64,000 nt of DNA from Octopus sinensis (Eukaryota), in NCBI RefSeq assembly GCF_006345805.1, contig NC_042999.1, positions 137,826,001 through 137,890,000 of the forward strand, read 5' to 3'. The position numbers and the translations under genes are program-made. A model generated the notes under the pieces. That model saw only the letters and a program-made list of their open reading frames with translations, was not told where the DNA came from and ran no database searches. Within the stretch, counting starts at the first letter, position 1. Every line of letters starts with the position of its first letter. Below are positions 50,916 through 63,955 of this stretch, piece after piece.

Positions 50916-50963
50916 TGTTAGATATCCTACCATTTTCAAAGTAGTGGGGTGGGAGCTTTGTCT

Positions 50964-51201
50964 GGTACTATTTAAGAAGAGTGGTCCCGGTGCGCGCACT
51001 CGCGTATCCGCACTAGCTAGTCGTTCCGTACTTTGCGTTTTATTTACTTTGTTTAAAAAATTATTTACTTTGTGTAAAAAAATTATTTATTTTATGCTTT
51101 ATTTACTTTGCTATGTAGTCGTTGTAAGATCGACTAGTCCACGACTAGCTAGTGCAGATGCGCGAGTACGCGCACCGGGACCACTTTTCTTAAATAGTAC
51201 C
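50964..51201. mobile_element. Merlin-type MITE (same family as 15864-16049)
   Basis: Same TIRs; decayed 9-bp TSD gctttgtct / gatttggct. Confidence 0.85.
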
Positions 51202-52063
51202 GATTTGGCTGTTGTTTATAGCAGGTCGATTAAATAATAATAATAATAATAATATAAAAACATTGTGTACCACGTTAAAGGCTCCATCGATGGCCTCATA
51301 GATCTACATACATGTCATCACTGGAAGTTATAAACTCAAAATTAGTTTGAAGGACCAGACTTGTTAGGGAGCCGGACAAAATGCCTTCCGATAAGTTGCG
51401 TCCCTTAGCATTTTCAACTCAGTGATGTTGGCGCAACTTAGCTTGTCATCTCGGAGATGATACGAAAAAGTAATAAAAGTGATGATCAATTCGTTCGAGC
51501 TATATATATTTGTTTTATGCTCATGTAAGAAATCGAAAAATAAATAGTGTATTTCGGTTCTATTATATAATACCCGAATAAAATAATAAAAGTATTGGTT
51601 TAGTATTTCATCCCTAAAATAATTAAAGTAACGGTATTTCACATTTTACAAAAACGTTCTTTCGGATTTCTTTTCAGTTGTCTAAAAAGTTTTCTCGATT
51701 TTTTCAATCAAATAGGATGAGGTACATAAATGTTAGAGTCTAAATATAATTTTTTTTTACATATATAATATTTTCATTATTAGGTGAAGTTGACGAATAT
51801 GTACCTAAACAAACAACCTCCGTCCGATACAAAACGGAAGGGACCACATGGTAGTGAAAAACTACAATCACCAACACGTTAACATGCAGTTTAACGTCGT
51901 AAAATAATAAAAGTAAATTTGTCTTGAAGAAATAAAAGCATATTTCGATAGAAACCAGAAGTGACAACAATAACATACCGTAATTTCAAGTAAACACTGT
52001 ATCTAATGCATAAACGTACATATATTTAATCTAACATTAAAACCATATATATCGATCACATTA

Positions 52064-52390
52064 TTAAGAAACACAACGTAAATAGGTTTCTACGATCTTG
52101 AAATTTGTTTCGCCATACACGCTCATGAAGATATGATATAAATAAATTATTACTAATCTCACATTGTTGTCTGAATTCTTGGCAAGCACCCATCGCCGTT
52201 CTAAAGTTTGTGTATGGATATTGTCATTGTTTGGATCAACAAAATTGAGTGAATGGTTAACAGATTTTTGAATATAGAAGTTGCCAAGACCCGCGTAGGA
52301 AGCCCACCCATTTAATATCAAACATGTTTTATGAAATATTTGGGTATGTCAGTCACCACTTCTGGTTGCTATGACAATATACTTTAATTT
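52064..52390 (-). pseudogene. Merlin (IS1016/IS1595-like DDE) transposase remnant
   Basis: GWASY..L..Y...SVNHSLNFVDPNNDNIHTQTLERRW is the characteristic C-terminal Merlin/ISXO2 motif. Confidence 0.85.
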
Positions 52391-52996
52391 TTTAAGGACA
52401 ATTTACTTACTCTATTTTACGACGGAAGAGAGCATGTTAACCAAAATGTAATTTTAATTACTTTTCTTCTGGATCGTTACCATATATTGCAGATAAATGA
52501 GTTTCCATGTGTTTGTGTGTGTGTATAGCATGAAACTCAGTTCTTCAGTCAGTTTTGTAACCTTTCGGTCAATCAAAATACTATATATGCATACTCATGT
52601 ATTAAGATCTAGTTCTACTGTTCGAGAAGAAGTAGATATCAATACATATGTTTTCTATTTAGACGATTTTTGCCTGCTAGTGACATACCTCTGTGTTTTT
52701 TAACACTATATTTCTATAAGAGATGCTATCTTGAAAAAGAATACCCCAATTTACTAGGCTTTCAACGATGCATAAGAATGATACACTGATTGCTCTATTT
52801 GCACTAGTAATGCTGCTATTGTGTATAACGAATGTTATTCAGCTTGCTAGCTAATTGCAACGTCAGTGATTTTGTTAATTACTCATTTATTATCAGTAGT
52901 GACTGATTTTGTTTTAGCATGTGGTTACTAGTTGCTAATTGCTACTGACAAAATTCAGAAGCAGGAATACATATTTAGTAATGTCACCACTGCTGC

Positions 52997-53280
52997 ACCA
53001 TCCGATCGTGGCTGTTGCCAGCCTCGCCTGGCCTCCGTGGCACGTAAAAAGCACCATCCGATCGTGGCCGTTTGCCAGCTTCGTCTGGCACCTGTGCCGG
53101 TGGCACGTAAAAAGCACCCACTACACTCACGGAGTGGTTCGCGTTAGGAAAGGCATCCAGCCGTAGAATCATTGCCAGATCAGATTGGGCCTGGTGCAGC
53201 CTTCTGGCTTCCCAGACCCCAGTTGAACCGTCCAACCCATGCTAGCATGGAAAACGGACGCTAAACGATGATGATGATGA
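52997..53280 (+). mobile_element. Solo RTE 3' UTR (subfamily A)
   Basis: Repeat units plus (GAT)n tail. Confidence 0.88.
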
Positions 53281-55282
53281 CTTCCTTGAGACGAATACTG
53301 GAGTTTATCAGGTTTTAAATGGTGTATCTGCTTTAAGTATGATACACAGATTGCTCTTTTCTCTCTCTTTATATATATATGTGTGTGTGTGTCTATGAGC
53401 TTCTTTCAGATTCCCTCTACCAAATGCACTCACAAGGCCTTAATAGTAGAAGACATTTGTTCAAGGTGCTGCATGGTCTGTGTTCAAAAATCTTACCATG
53501 GCCTCCTTGACTGATGAGCATAGCTCAGTTTAGTATCACCACCAGGCACCTTGTGTACTGTTAGTGGAATCCATTCTGCTGCAAGCATTAAGGCCAAATT
53601 CTAATTTGAGAATAGCTTCCTCCTTCTTCCCCAGTCTTGGAGGCCCTGTAAGAAGTCATGGGCACTAGCTCCCTTCTTAACTAAAAAAATTAAAGAAAAA
53701 GATATTTAGAGCAGCATTCTCCAACCTCTGTCAGCTTACTGTATTTCATCATTATCATCGTTTAGCATCTGCTTTCCATGTTAGCATGGATAATAATGAT
53801 AATGATTTGTTACATAGGCACAAGGCCACAAATGTGCATGTGTGGAAAAGAGGGAATAGTCAATTACATAAACTCCAATACTTGATTGGTTCTTATTTTA
53901 TCTACTCCAGAACAACAAAAAAGCAAAGTTGACCAGAGTGGGATTTAACTTTGAGTACAAAAGAACATGAATTAATGCAACAAGGATTTTGTTTACCCCT
54001 CCAACAATCAATCTTAATTGTAATACTTATATCCAGCACAATAACAAAACAGAAGAAACACTGAAATACCTCTAAAAACAACAGAGCAGAACTGATATAG
54101 TATATTCACACACATCTACATCGCAATGAAACTACTCTATACAAACCTCAGAAGACAGGTGTACCAGGTGATGCAACAAAAACATAAAACTATTGAAAAT
54201 ATTATATCAATAATTATTATCATTATCTTACAAAAATAACTTACCATAGTGATAGCCATCAATTTCTTCTGTTAAAACATTTTGGAAACTCATCATAAAT
54301 GTGAACAACTATATATTTATAAGTCCAGAAAATAAGATACTGCTTTGAAACCTTCATTTCAAATGCATCTTTTACCTTTCTCGCTTTTGATAGTGGGAAG
54401 ACATTTCTGTTACATGTTATCAACAGAGATTAATTTGTTTTGAATTTGTTAAGTTCATTATCTAACCTTCACTACTTAAAATATCTTATATTAATTACCA
54501 ATCAGTGTAGGAAATATGTCAGATGACAATTGAACTTTGCCTGTGTATTAAAAACCAGTTACATAACTGTCTGACTAAAGAAACCGAACTGTTTAAAAAA
54601 ATAAACTTACTTTTTTTTACTTATAATTTATTCAGATTTCTCTTCTTTAAAATAGTATCAATAGATTGATACATCATTCAGTGTTTTTTCCTCTAATTTT
54701 GGAATACCTCCTGGAATGTGTTTGCAAGAGTAGCATGCAATTCTTACAATAAACCCTCTTTAATCTCTTCAATTGTCTGAAATTTGTGACTTTTCAGCAT
54801 GGATTTCAACTTTTGAAATGTAATAATCAAGTAATGTTTGATGATTTCAAATTAATAAAATAAAATTTCTTTTATTTGTTATTACTGTAATGTCATATGT
54901 TGCACCACTTAGTGTAACTCTTTCTACTACAGGCACAAGGCCTGAAATTTGGTGGGAGAGGGTTGGTTGATTACATCAACTCCATCAACCAGTATCCTAT
55001 TTTATTGACCCCCAAAACGATGAAAGAAAAGCCAACTGTGGCAAAATCTGAACTTAGAATGCAAACCAGAAGAAATACCACTAAGTATTTTTTTGTGTCA
55101 TGTGTTAATGATTCTGCCAGTTCACCACCTGCAACTTGCAATATTAACATCTTACTTGGCCTTGGTATCAAAATTTGAAACCAATATTAACACCTTATTT
55201 GTTGTTTTGATATTTATTCCATTAACAACTTTTATTAATGTATTTAATAATAAAATGTTTGAGTTTTTAAAATTTTCCCTAG

Positions 55283-55372
55283 GGTCCTACTTTACGAACA
55301 TGGTATTTGGTAATGGAAAGACTGTTTGGTGTTGGGAAAAAAACAGCTTTATTCAAATTAGTTGCAGATCAG
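55283..55372 (+). CDS. MPV17: MPV17 coding exon 3
   Basis: Acceptor ttttccctag, donor gtatgt; 90 nt encoding GPTLRTWYLVMERLFGVGKKTALFKLVADQ vs human GPVVGGWYKVLDRFIPG...KKMLLDQ. Confidence 0.95.
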
Positions 55373-56375
55373 GTATGTTATTTTAATAAATAAAGTTAAA
55401 TATCATAGTTTGTTACCTGTATTGTTGATATAAAATAAAAAATTTGTTGAAATGATTAAAGAAGGAATTCCAGATGAAAATTGTTACACTATTTTGTTTT
55501 ATTTCTGTAGGTTGTGAGTTCAAATTTTGCCACAGTTGACTTTGCCATTCTTCTGCTTTGTTGATAAAATAAATTTATTTATCATGTGCTTTGTCAATGT
55601 AAGATAGAACCAAAATCATCATCATTAAATACATTATAATACTTAATTTTATAAGAACTAGTAATATACATTAGAGTCAATGTAATTAATTATAACCACC
55701 TTTAACAATTACTAACTGAAAAAGGATTTTTAACAAGAAATCAATCAGCATTGTTTCAAATGCTGATAGGTTTCTTGTTAACTTCTTACCCCAGCAAAAT
55801 GCCATAAATTTATATAATTGGGTAAGGAAATTTCCTTACTCAACATGTGATATTCAGATATTTCCAATGTAATTGAAGTGTACTGGCTTCAACTGGTATT
55901 TAAACCTACCAAATACAGCATTCCAGGTCTTACCTTTCTCTATAGAACCCTTAACATTTTTGATATTGGTTCCTTTTTGACTAAAAAGAAAAGGCTTTTC
56001 TTCACCTAAGAAACAAAATTACATTGTATCTTGATGCATCAAATTCATACTTTTGGCACTTTGGTGCTTTCCACAACACTTGAAAATATTAAGACTGCAA
56101 TATGCTGAATATGCAGAATTTGTAGAGCACTGGACTAAATTTCTCACAGTAGTTTCACTTCTATATTCTATATTCAAATCCTTTTGGTACTGACATTATC
56201 ATTTCTCCCATCTCCACCCAGGATTATACTAGAAGCATTCAAATTGACTATAGCTTGATACAAGATTGCTACAAGATTTTCCTTGAAATTTCTATTGTTT
56301 TACATTACTATATTTTATGCCTACTATTAAAAATAAATTTCATACTCTTACTTTTCAATTTTTACTTTCTTCTAG

Positions 56376-56471
56376 ATGTGTTTTGCCCCAGTTTTTCTCG
56401 CTACCTTTATATGTGGAATGGAGTTACTGAAAGGAAATACATGGAATGATAGTAAAAATAAAGTTGTTGAG
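56376..56471 (+). CDS. MPV17: MPV17 coding exon 4
   Basis: Acceptor ctttcttctag, donor gtatat; 96 nt encoding MCFAPVFLATFICGMELLKGNTWNDSKNKVVE vs human [20 protein letters not shown]...; same length as the human exon. Confidence 0.92.
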
Positions 56472-56609
56472 GTATATATCTTCTAAGAATATCTCTTTCT
56501 AAATATAACAAGAGGAATGATCTGAAACTGTCATAAATTGATAGCATCAGTCTAGTGGTAGCAATGATTCAACTAATATTTAAGTGTGTGTTAGACACAC
56601 CTCACACAC

Positions 56610-56913
56610 ATAGATGAATAGCTTGTGAGAGCTGTGCAGGTTATGTACAAAGGTGCAGTTAGTAAAGTGAAAGTCAATGATTTCAGTAATGAATTTATTA
56701 CAAAGGTAGGGGTCCATCAAGGGTCAATCTTCAGTCCCCTCCTATTTATCATTATCCTACAGGCCATTACTGAAGGTTTTAAACTGGTTGCCTATGGAAA
56801 CTTTTATACGCTGATAATTTAGTTCTCATGGTTGAATCTATAGTGAAATTAGCGAGGAAATTCTAGACATAAAAGCTAAATCTTGAACTGAGAGGTTACA
56901 ATATAAATCTGGT
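56610..56913 (+). mobile_element. Old RTE fragment, interrupted by the Gypsy element
   Basis: VRAVQVMYKGAVSKVKV..GVHQGSIFSPLLFIIILQAITE..YADNL; resumes after 59691. Confidence 0.8.
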
Positions 56914-57179
56914 TGTTATAAACCCAAACTGGAATATCTAAGTTTAAAAGGTTTTAATCAACTAAATATACAGTAATCTACAATATAAACAGAGATTGGT
57001 AAATTGTAAGCAAAACTAAACTTCAACACAATAACAGTTTTATGCAGCGAGTTGCTACAGTCTCGACTAACTAAAAACTAACACTGTGCCATAAACAGAA
57101 TAGAACTCTGTGCAGTTGTACTGCAGGCAAATAACAGCAATGAAGACAAAGTCACATGATCAAAACTAAAATCGCAACA
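56914..57179 (-). repeat. 3' LTR of the Gypsy element
   Basis: TGTT...AACA termini; adjacent to the PPT; direct repeat of 59438-59691. Confidence 0.9.
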
Positions 57180-59437
57180 TTTTTCCCCCTTAAAAAAAGA
57201 ACAATCAACCAACAAAATGCAAAATATAGACATAACCACAAACCAATCACAATAACGTAATGAGGCATTTCATAAGCATAACACATCATCAATCATAAAT
57301 TTAAACTATTTAAAACGTAAATACTCATTCACAACAGTTAAAAAATAATGGTTCTTTGACAGTGAAGGTAGGGGTCCTTTAAAATCAACACTTAATCTTT
57401 CAAAAGCTTGAGTAGATCTAATTACTGATGAAACAGAGGTTTTAGTAAAACAAGGCTTCACCTTACATGTTACACAATTGTTAGTTATACGCTTTACATC
57501 TTCTACAGAGTACGGTAAATTCTTAACTTTAATATAATGAAACAATCGTGTGATCCCAGGATGACACGGTACAGTTCATTATCAGTTGTAGCTGCACAAT
57601 AGGTATGCGATAAAGCATCTGATGCAACATTAAACTTGCCTTGGTGGTAAATGATATCAAATTTATACTGGACTAGTTTGATTCGCCAACACATCATCAT
57701 TTTTTTTTTTAGGTTTATTGCACTTTGACAATTAAACATAAAAGCAACACTGTTTTGATCAGTTATTAGTGTGAAGTTACATCCAAGAAGAAAATGAGAC
57801 AATTTTCTCACAGATTCCACAATCGCTGTCACCTCTTTTTCAATACAAGAATAACGACGCTCACTTGGGTTGAGGGTTCTTGAAAAAAATGCAACTGGCT
57901 TTCCATTTTGGGGTAAAATGCCAGATATACCTCCAATGCAGCTGTTTCTATTGAGAAAGGAAGGCTTTCAATCACTTTTAAGGTAGCATTTGCTAAATCA
58001 TTTCATAAAGTTTTTAAACTTGACAAGGCTTGTTCACTCAAAGGAAAATATTTAGTATCAACCATTGGAATCCATTTGAAATAATATGCAAATAGACCAA
58101 CAATTCGACTTAATGGTTTGTGGGTACTAGGAATAGGTAGTTCTAGGAAGGGTTTTATACGGTCAGGTTCCAAGTTACCATTTTGAATTTCATAGCCAAG
58201 CAATCAGATCAGTGTAGTGCTATAAATGCATTTGGCATCATTAAAAGTTAAATTACAGACTTTAGCAACTTGAGGAAAATGTTTTAAATTTTTATCATGT
58301 TCTTCCTTCGATTTACCACACAGTTATGTTGTCGATATATGCAAAAATAGCTCTACAATTATGGCTCTCGATTATATTATTGATCACTCTCTGGAAACAG
58401 GGCACTGCATTTGTAAGTCCGAAAGCAATACGTTTGCTTTGATACAATTTTCCCTGTGCTTCAAAAGCCATGTAAGGTTGATCTGCAACTGGAATCTCAA
58501 CTTGATGATATGCACTTTTGAGATCCAGTGTGCTAAAATAGTTAAACTGAGCTATTTTTGTGACCATGTCATGCATATTTGGCAATGGATATCCATCTAA
58601 TTGCGTAAACTTATTTATAGTCTCACTATAATCAATACACAGTCTCTTGCAATGATTTTCTCCTGATATTACCAATACCTGGGCTCGCCAGGGAGAAACA
58701 CAGGGTTCAGTTACCCCTTCTGCCAGATCTCAGCTTATAGTATCAGCAATAAATTTTTCATTATTGGTGGAGTTGTTTTCTTGCTTTTGTAACTATGGGT
58801 TAACAGTCAGAGTTTAAATTTTCAAACAACCTTGGTGTAATGTCACTTTTAATGCAATTTAGAGCTCCTAAATGTAACAGGGGCTTGTTGCTGTCAAAGG
58901 TAATTTGTACATGTTGATGCTGTTTTAAGAAATTTTGTCCTAAAATTATATCTACAAACAAATTATCAAGTACCACCAGCTTTACTTGCTCGTAAATTCT
59001 TCTTTGAATTTCAATTGAACCCATACAATAACCGTCGCTTTTGGAACGACCTCCATTGACAGCCATGTTAATTTCATTCCTTTCGGACTTCACCACTAAT
59101 TTACTGATTGACCTGGTTCTTGTTTGCATGTCATCAAAAATAATGTTCAAGGGTTTCATGTACACTCTCTCCAGAGTTTGAATTGCCTCTGCATAATTCT
59201 CACATTCACATGAGTTCATAAACGTCTTTATCTATGTGTGCTATTAAACACCTAAGCTTGCTTTCATCAGTGATAGGCAGTTCAGCAGGAAATGATTCTA
59301 GAAAAATTTATAAAAGTCCTGAACCAATATTTCCATTCTTTTGAAGTTTGACTCGAACTTGGATCAGTGGTGAACAAATTTGGTTTTATAAATTTGCTGT
59401 CCATTCTTTCTCTTTAGCTATTATTAGTTGATTAAAC

Positions 59438-59691
59438 CATTATAAACCCAAACTGGAATATCTAAGTTTAAAAGGTTTTAATCAACTAAATATACAGCAA
59501 TCTACCAAGATTGTTAAATTGTAAGCAAAACTAAATTTTAACACAATAAGTTTTATGCAGCGAGTTGCTATGGTCTCGACTAACTAAAAACTAACATGTG
59601 CCGTAAACAGAACAGAATTCTACACAGTTACGCTGCAGGCAAATAACAGCAATGAAGACAAAGTCACGTGATGAAAAGTAAAATCACAACA
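59438..59691 (-). repeat. 5' LTR of the Gypsy element
   Basis: Direct repeat of 56914-57179; gag ATG at 59404. Confidence 0.9.
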
Positions 59692-59983
59692 CTAGTAAAG
59701 AGAAAGACAGTATCCTGATACCTTTGCTTGGTATGCATTAAAGGATTATGTATAAACTTCATACACTGTACCAAAGGAAAGCTATGAACATGCTAGAGGT
59801 ATATTAGAATCAGTACCCATTACATGCTGCAAAGTGATTGATGTTAAGAAAGGCATTCAACCATGCCAAAGCAGACATTAGAGTATGATACAGTCCTTGG
59901 ACACATCAGATCCTGTCAAGCCATCTTATGAATGTTAAGTAATGATGATCATGGTACATGTGTGTTAGTATTAATGTTTGCTA

Positions 59984-61245
59984 CGAGGGACGATCAATAA
60001 GTAATGCCCCTGACCCATTTGCAGTTGTTTGATCTAGCTGAAATTTTGCATGTGAAATCACTTTTATCTTTATAGATTAAGTGGGCAAATTACAGCTCTG
60101 AACTAATTGTGGTTTCTGATTTACAGGTGTTTGAACTGAGTCAAGTGTGAAATGGAGCCTGTTGAGTGTCGAGCAGTGATCCGGTTTTTGTATTTGAAAG
60201 GACGCACACCACAGGAGACTTTTGATAAAATGAAAGTAACTTATGGTAATGATGCCCCATCATATGACCTTGTAAAACGCTGGCATCGTGAATTCAAACA
60301 TGGTCGGAACTCTGTGGAAACAGCTCCCAGATCTGGTTGCCCCCTTTCTGCCATTGATGAGGCATCTGTCCGTCAAGTTGAGGCTGCCATTTTGGAAGAT
60401 CGACGCATAACTATTCGCCAAATAGCCTATGAGGTCAAGATTAGTACCGGGTCTGTGGAAACTATCATTCATGACCATTTGCATATGCAAAAGGTGTCTG
60501 CCAGATAGATTCCCAAGTTGCTCACACCTTTCCAGAAGCAAGAATGCGTTGAGTGCTCAAGGATGAATTTGGGGATGTGCCAAAATTTTTCAAAAGACTG
60601 ATTACCCAGGATGAAACCTGGGTCCATCACTATGATCTAGAGACCAAAGCCCAGTCAATGCAGTGGAAGCACCGTGACTCACCCCCTCCAAAGAAGGCAT
60701 GGGTGCAGCCCTCCGCTGGTAAGGTCATGCTCACAGTCTTCTGGGACCAGGACGGAATAGCAATGACAGGTTTCCTGGCAAAGGGTTTCACAATTACAGA
60801 GCCTATTATGCTTCACTTTTGAGGAAATTAAGAGAAGCTATCAAAATCAAGAGGCGGGGCAAGATCAGCAAAGGCATCCTCCTCCTGTAGGACAACGCTC
60901 CGGTCCACAACTCTAAGATCAGAAGCACAGGGGTGCGGCTATGAACCCCCATCCCAACTCTCCTGACCTTGCACTCTCTGATTTTCACCTCTTCCCAGCC
61001 ATGAGGTTGTTTTTGAAAGGAAAGCGTTTCCCAGATGATACAGCCTTGATTTCTGAAGTCACGTCGTGGTTGGAGGACCAAGCTGGGGTCCTCTACAAAA
61101 ACGGTCTCCAGAGCTGCATCAAAAGATGGGAGAAATGCGTAACTGTGTGGTTCCTATGTAAAAAAAGACTAATAACTGTGCCAAGTTTCGTTGCTCTACT
61201 GCTATGAGAAGTGAGTCAGGGGCATTACTTATTGAACGCCCCTCG
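59984..61245 (+). mobile_element. Full-length mariner DNA transposon (1262 bp)
   Basis: TA TSD; TIRs cgaggg(a/g)cg(a/t)tcaataagtaatgcccctgac. Confidence 0.95.
60152..61170 (+). pseudogene. Mariner transposase pseudogene
   Basis: HTH region, KVSAR*IPKLL, TQDETWVHHY, DNAPVH, PNSPDLALSDFHLF, RWEKCV; has stops and frameshifts. Confidence 0.93.
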
Positions 61246-61657
61246 TATGTCAGTTTATATAAAAACAATTTAACTGAAGGACCATTTAATAACTTTTAGT
61301 AGAGTACATGCTTGCCTTCAGTGTAATGAAACTTTGAAATCAGTCAACCTTTTCCTTATAGAAAATTATATATATACATACACACATGTATATCTGTGAG
61401 TGTAGTTGTATACATATATATTAGTGAAATGTGATTGACAAAGAAATAGTGGTGACTGGCAGGTGGCACAATCTGTCACTCTGGGGACAATCATCATCGT
61501 TTAGCATGGGTTGGACGGGGATACATCCAGCAAACTCAACATGGCTTTTTGTTTGATACATGAACCAGATTTCATAATGTATTACATTAAGGATTAATTG
61601 AATGTTAGAAAAAGTGTAATGCATTTACTTTTGACAATCCTCTCTATTCTATTACAG

Positions 61658-61690
61658 AATTTCAAACAGGTTTTAATGTCAAATTATCAA
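61658..61690 (+). CDS. MPV17: MPV17 coding exon 5
   Basis: Acceptor tctattacag, donor gtgagt; 33 nt encoding NFKQVLMSNYQ vs human DYPDALITNYY (33 nt). Confidence 0.9.
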
Positions 61691-62035
61691 GTGAGTTTAT
61701 TTTCCTTCTTTAAAATTGATTGTTGTAATACCTATAAAATATAAAGGGACCATTCCAACTTAAATAATTTAAGAGAAATAACATTAAGAAAGTGCTCTCG
61801 TAAATTTATGCATGTACTCCTGACACAAAAGCTGAAATTTTTATAAGCTTGAAAAAACACTAAGAAAATATGTATCTTACTAGTGATTACTAACCCACCT
61901 TTGGTTCTATTATAGAAATTCTTATTTTAAAATATCTTTCCATTATGTTCCAAAAGCCACTAATAAAAAGTTTATGAAATCCACCCCAAAACTTTTACTG
62001 CCCAGAAAGTGTTATGCTCATGTGTTCAGCAAGGT

Positions 62036-62243
62036 ACCTTTAGTCTTTAAACCGGCCAAAATATTCTACCTATTTTATGTTCAAACTAGTCAGACAGTCA
62101 TTCATAGCTACCTTATTGTGTCATTTTCAAAATAAGCAATCACATCATTGAAATCTCAAAGCCATGAAATGATGCAAGATTAATTTTATATGGTGTGAAT
62201 ACATAAGCTTTACATTTGACAGAATAATCTGAATGCTAAAGGG
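62036..62243. mobile_element. piggyBac-type MITE (left end decayed)
   Basis: Right end gaatgctaaaggg|TTAA; left end cctttagtctttaaacc. Confidence 0.55.
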
Positions 62244-63955
62244 TTAAGGGTAGAACATCATTTGTAGTAGGACTTGTAGTGATAACAATAAAACCAATTA
62301 TATCTCAAAAGCAAGGTCACTGCAAATATAAATGTCAATATTTGACAGAAAATGAAATTTTCTGATCTTATCCAGTATAAACATTAATAACAATTACCAT
62401 ATGCACATTATTTCTTAATCTCAACTCAATGGATTCATGATAGAATTAGATGGAAATATTCAATGCTGTGCTGCCATAAGCTTGAGGTAAATCCAGTTTC
62501 AGTTGACAATTAAACTAATTGCTGGTAGGGAACTGAATTTCATTATGCAACAATACAACTGAGTATATTAATGCTTTTAAGTCAATGCTGTGTCCCAGTG
62601 TTAGTGCAATTCGAATTTTTAAAGTTACTCTAGTGATTTAGTATAGAAATTGGAGCCAGCACTGAAAATTACATTTCATATAAATACAATGTAAACAACA
62701 CAAGTGAAGATAGAAAAATAGGTGTATATGCATATTTCAATTCTTGTTAACACATTGCTTGAATAGCCACTAAAATTTGCATGACAATTGGATATACCAA
62801 TTTTTAACATTCCTGGCAACTCGTATGTACATTAATTGCTGGTAGGGACACCTTAACACAGAGCATATTAGCATTAGGTTTATAAGTGAATACTGTGCCC
62901 TACCTGTAGAGATAACTTTAAAGTGATTGAATCACACAGGTAACTGAAAAATCTAGCTTTAGAAAGTAATTAAGACCATAATTTGAAAACAATTATGCTT
63001 CAGATTACTGAATTCTTTGCATTGCCAAATTTTTTTTTACATTTATAAAACCAAATTTCTTAAAGGCAGTGCTCCAGCATGACTGCAGTCAAATAGCTGA
63101 AGAGAATAGAACAGCTGCACTGTCAAAATATTTTTTGATGGGATTTATCTCCAATCAGTAGGAAAGAGTGTAAGTTATGGGTTAGATAGAATTCCTCATT
63201 TGAAGCTGTTTTTACATCCAAGACAACGGAGGACAAAAATAGAGCCAGTGTTAGATAAGATACTATTTTTTACATTAAGCTAGTAGGTAGGAGCAACTCT
63301 CAATATTTTACTCCATTTAGTTCAAGTATTTCAATGCCCAAGTGTAAATTAAAATTCCTTCATCAGGTACATCTTTACTAATTTCCAATTGGAAAATTCA
63401 GGATCTTTATATCTTGTCAATATACAATTATGCAGACAAGCTTGGAATTTTGTCAGCCATATTTTGATTGCACTAAGAACTACAAAAATCGTGCCTTCCA
63501 GTTTAGTCCAATGATCAAAATTGCATATTGACAAGATTCTCGTAGCAAAGGAATCCAAACTGAATATCTGAATTTATGGGTATAAAAAATTTGTTTATGT
63601 TAATGCAAGAAAACTGTACCAGTTCGTGTCTGAATAAAGATTTGTAACCCCTGCACGAATTCACTGCAGTGACAAAGCAAAAATAAAAAATTGGAATTGT
63701 GGTCAAAGTGCAAAAATCATTAGACATGTTACAAAAGCCTTCAAAACTTTACACAATACAAATATAAAAGCCCCACTGGTTACATGCAGTCAGTTATGAA
63801 CCCACATTCCACTAACTGGCAAAATTACAAGTATGGGTCCAAGCATTGCTATGTGATGGGTTTCCTAAACCAACAATTCACTATTAGGCATATGCATGAC
63901 AAAGTGAAAGAATGACTAATGTTTCTAACACCCTCAATTGAAATCAATCTTTCAG

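Larger units (their letters stand above)
56914..59691 (-). mobile_element. Degenerate, internally deleted Ty3/Gypsy LTR retrotransposon
   Basis: Two ~260-bp LTRs; TSD ctggt/ctagt; PPT aagggggaaaaa; fragments of gag (MDSKFIKP..KEWKYW), protease (DIILGQNFL), RT (RLCIDYS..LDLKSAYHQ..FGLTNA..YIDN), RNase H (TDQ..NVASDALS) and integrase (FERLSVDFKGPLP). Confidence 0.93.

Noticed and set aside
63320-63372. Minus-strand CTGATGA...GAAA as a hammerhead
   Set aside because: No pairing for stems I or II and no cleavage triplet in register.
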